In this document: piece after piece, positions 61,601 to 64,000 of the stretch
How the letters are laid out: the number at the start of each line of letters is the position of its first letter
Numbering within the stretch: the stretch's first letter is position 1
Source of the DNA: Microbotryum violaceum
Taxonomy: Eukaryota
Direction: 5' to 3'
DNA length: 64,000 nt
Assembly: GCA_001244265.2 (NCBI GenBank)
Contig: CDLV01000009.1
Location: forward strand, 744,001-808,000
The notes under the pieces: generated by a model
Told to the model about the DNA's origin: nothing
Databases searched by the model: none
What the model saw: only the letters and a program-made list of their open reading frames with translations
Made by a program: the position numbers and the translations under genes

Positions 61601-64000
61601 GTTCTGCGACGAGATCAATTTGCCGACGACGGACAAGTACGGTACGCAAAAAGTCATCTCTTTCATGCGTCAACTCGTCGAGCAAGGTGGCTACTACCGC
61701 ACCTCGGACAAGGCCTGGGTCAAGCTCGAGCGCATCCAGTTCGTTGGTGCCTGCAACCCTCCCACCGATCCCGGTCGAGTGCCGCTCAGTCATAGATTCT
61801 TGCGACACGCGCCTTTGGTCATGGTCGACTACCCGGGCGAAGCCTCGCTCAAGCAGATCTACGGCACGTTCGCGCGCGCCTTGCTCAAGGTTGTGCCGAC
61901 GTTGCGAGCCTATGCCGAGCCCTTGACGGCCGCCATGGTCGACTTCTACCTCGCCTCCCAGCGTCGCTTCACCTCGGACACTCAAGCGCACTATGTCTAC
62001 TCGCCTCGTGAATTGACGCGCTGGACCCGCGGTATCTACGAGGCACTTCGCCCTCTCGACAGCCTGCCCGTCGAAGGTCTAGTGCGCGTGTGGGCTCACG
62101 AAGCTCTGCGCCTCTTCCAAGATCGTCTCGTCACGGAGGAGGAGCGTCGATGGACCGACGAAACGATCGATGCCCTGGCGCTCAAGCACTTCCCGACCAT
62201 CAGTCGCGAGGAAGCGCTTGCTCGCCCCATCTTGTACTCCAACTGGCTGTCGAAGAACTACGTCCCCGTTGACCGCGAGCAGCTGCGGGAATACACCAAG
62301 GCTCGACTGCGCGTTTTCTACGAAGAGGAGCTTGATGTGCCCCTCGTGCTCTTCAATGACGTGCTCGATCATGTTCTTCGCATCGATCGAGTCTTCTGTC
62401 AAGTGCAGGGGCATTTGCTGTTGATCGGGGTCAGCGGTAGTGGAAAGGTAAATTGCGACTGTCCAGATCAACGCGCTTTGCGAGCTCAAAGCTGACCCTC
62501 AGTACCTACTTCTCAGACGACCTTGTCGCGCTTCGTGGCCTGGATGAACGGGCTGAGCGTGTTTCAGATCAAGGTGCACAACAAGTACTCCGCCGAAGAC
62601 TTCGACGATGATCTCCGAAGCGTCCTGCGCCGCTCCGGTTGCAAGGGCGAGAAGATCGCCTTCATCATGGACGAATCGAATGTGCTCGACTCGGGCTTCC
62701 TCGAACGCATGAACACGCTGCTCGCCAACGCCGAGGTCCCTGGTCTGTTCGAAGGGGACGAGCACGCCGCGTTGATGACGGCGTGCAAGGAAGGCGCACA
62801 ACGTGATGGTCTCATGCTTGACTCGCCCGAAGAGCTGTACCGCTGGTTCACGACCCAAGTCGCCCGCAATTTGCACGTCGTCTTCACGATGAACCCTCCC
62901 GCTGACGGGCTAGCGTCTCGTGCGGCGACCTCGCCCGCGTTGTTCAACCGGTGTGTGCTCGACTGGTTCGGAGACTGGAGCGATCAAGCCTTCTTCCAGG
63001 TTGGCATGGAGTTCACCAACACGCTCGACCTCGACACGCCATCGTACGCGCCGCCTGCAGCTTTCCCCGTCGCGTATCGCCAACTTTCCCTCCCGCCCGT
63101 GCACCGCTCAGCGATTATCAATGCGCTCGTCTACGTTCACGCGTCGATGTACGAGACGAACAGGCGACTGTCACGCCGCCAAGGCCGGACGAACCACGTC
63201 ACGCCGCGCCACTACCTCGACTTCATCAATCAGTACGTGCGCATCTTCAACGAGAAGCGCGACGAGCTCGAGGAGCAACAACGCCATCTCAACGTTGGAC
63301 TCGACAAGCTGCACACGACAGTCGTGCAAGTCGAGGAGTTGCGCAAGAGCCTGGCGATCAAGCGAGGCCAACTCGAGGCCAAGAATGCTGAGGCCAACGA
63401 CAAGCTCAAGCGCATGGTTGCCGATCAGCAGGACGCCGAGCAAAAGAAGGTTGCTTCGATCGAGATGCAGGCCGCGCTCGAGACGCAGAAGAAGGAGATT
63501 GCCGAGCGCAAATCGCTCGTCATGGGCGAACTTTCCGATGCCGAACCGGCCGTCGAGGAGGCGCAGTCCGCCGTCAGCAACATCAAGAAGCAACAGCTAA
63601 CCGAGGTGCGATCGATGGCAAATCCTCCCGAGGCGGTCAAGCTCGCGATGGAGTCGGTCTGCACAATCCTCGGATTCCAGATCGACAGTTGGAAGACGGT
63701 GCAGAGCATCATCCGTCGTGACGATTTCATTGCGAGCATCGTCAACTTTGACACGGCCAGCTCGATGACCCGTCAGCTGCGCGAGAAGATGCGCCGCGAG
63801 TACCTCAGCCGCCCGAACTTCAACTTCGAAACGGTAAATCGCGCTTCCAAAGCCTGCGGTCCGTTGTGCAAATGGGTCATCGCGCAAGTCAACTACTCGG
63901 ACATTCTCGACAAGGTCGGACCCCTCCGTGACGAGGTCATGGCGCTTGAGAACCGCGCCGAGACGACGAAGCACCAGGCATCTGCCATCATCACCATGAT
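52696..64000 (+). CDS. DYN1: Cytoplasmic dynein heavy chain (3' end beyond the window)
   Basis: Tail ([38 protein letters not shown]), linker, AAA1 [11 protein letters not shown]2 [11 protein letters not shown]3 [11 protein letters not shown]4 GVSGSGK|TT, stalk coiled coil and MTBD ([13 protein letters not shown]). Confidence 0.97.

Overview
Eukaryotic, intron-rich fungal DNA. Gene style and an unsplit dynein heavy chain suggest a basidiomycete, probably Pucciniomycotina/Microbotryomycetes-like (inference). Positions ~1443-13011 hold a complete but apparently inactivated Kyakuja-type KDZ DNA transposon. It has imperfect ~140-bp terminal inverted repeats and a CAAGTCT target-site duplication, and carries a CxC1-KDZ transposase, a convergent HMG-box-like accessory gene, a decayed third gene and a nested 5'-truncated LINE. 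It inserted into the short divergent promoter between NDUFA1 and a 52-aa membrane microprotein gene that the ORF track misses. The rest is a compact gene array, mostly head-to-head pairs: GIS2/DID2, TOM7/TIM50, SEC27/RPL1, MED17, a GMC oxidoreductase with a deleted tandem copy, Moco sulfurase/xanthine dehydrogenase, CLC1/orphan, a bacterial-type RNase P protein (RnpA-like) with a mitochondrial-like presequence, and MIM2/dynein heavy chain (running off the window). The most notable items are the RnpA-like gene, the fully delimited cargo-bearing KDZ element and the Moco sulfurase-XDH pair. All spliced gene models were assembled by eye, and family assignments come from motif recognition, not database searches.
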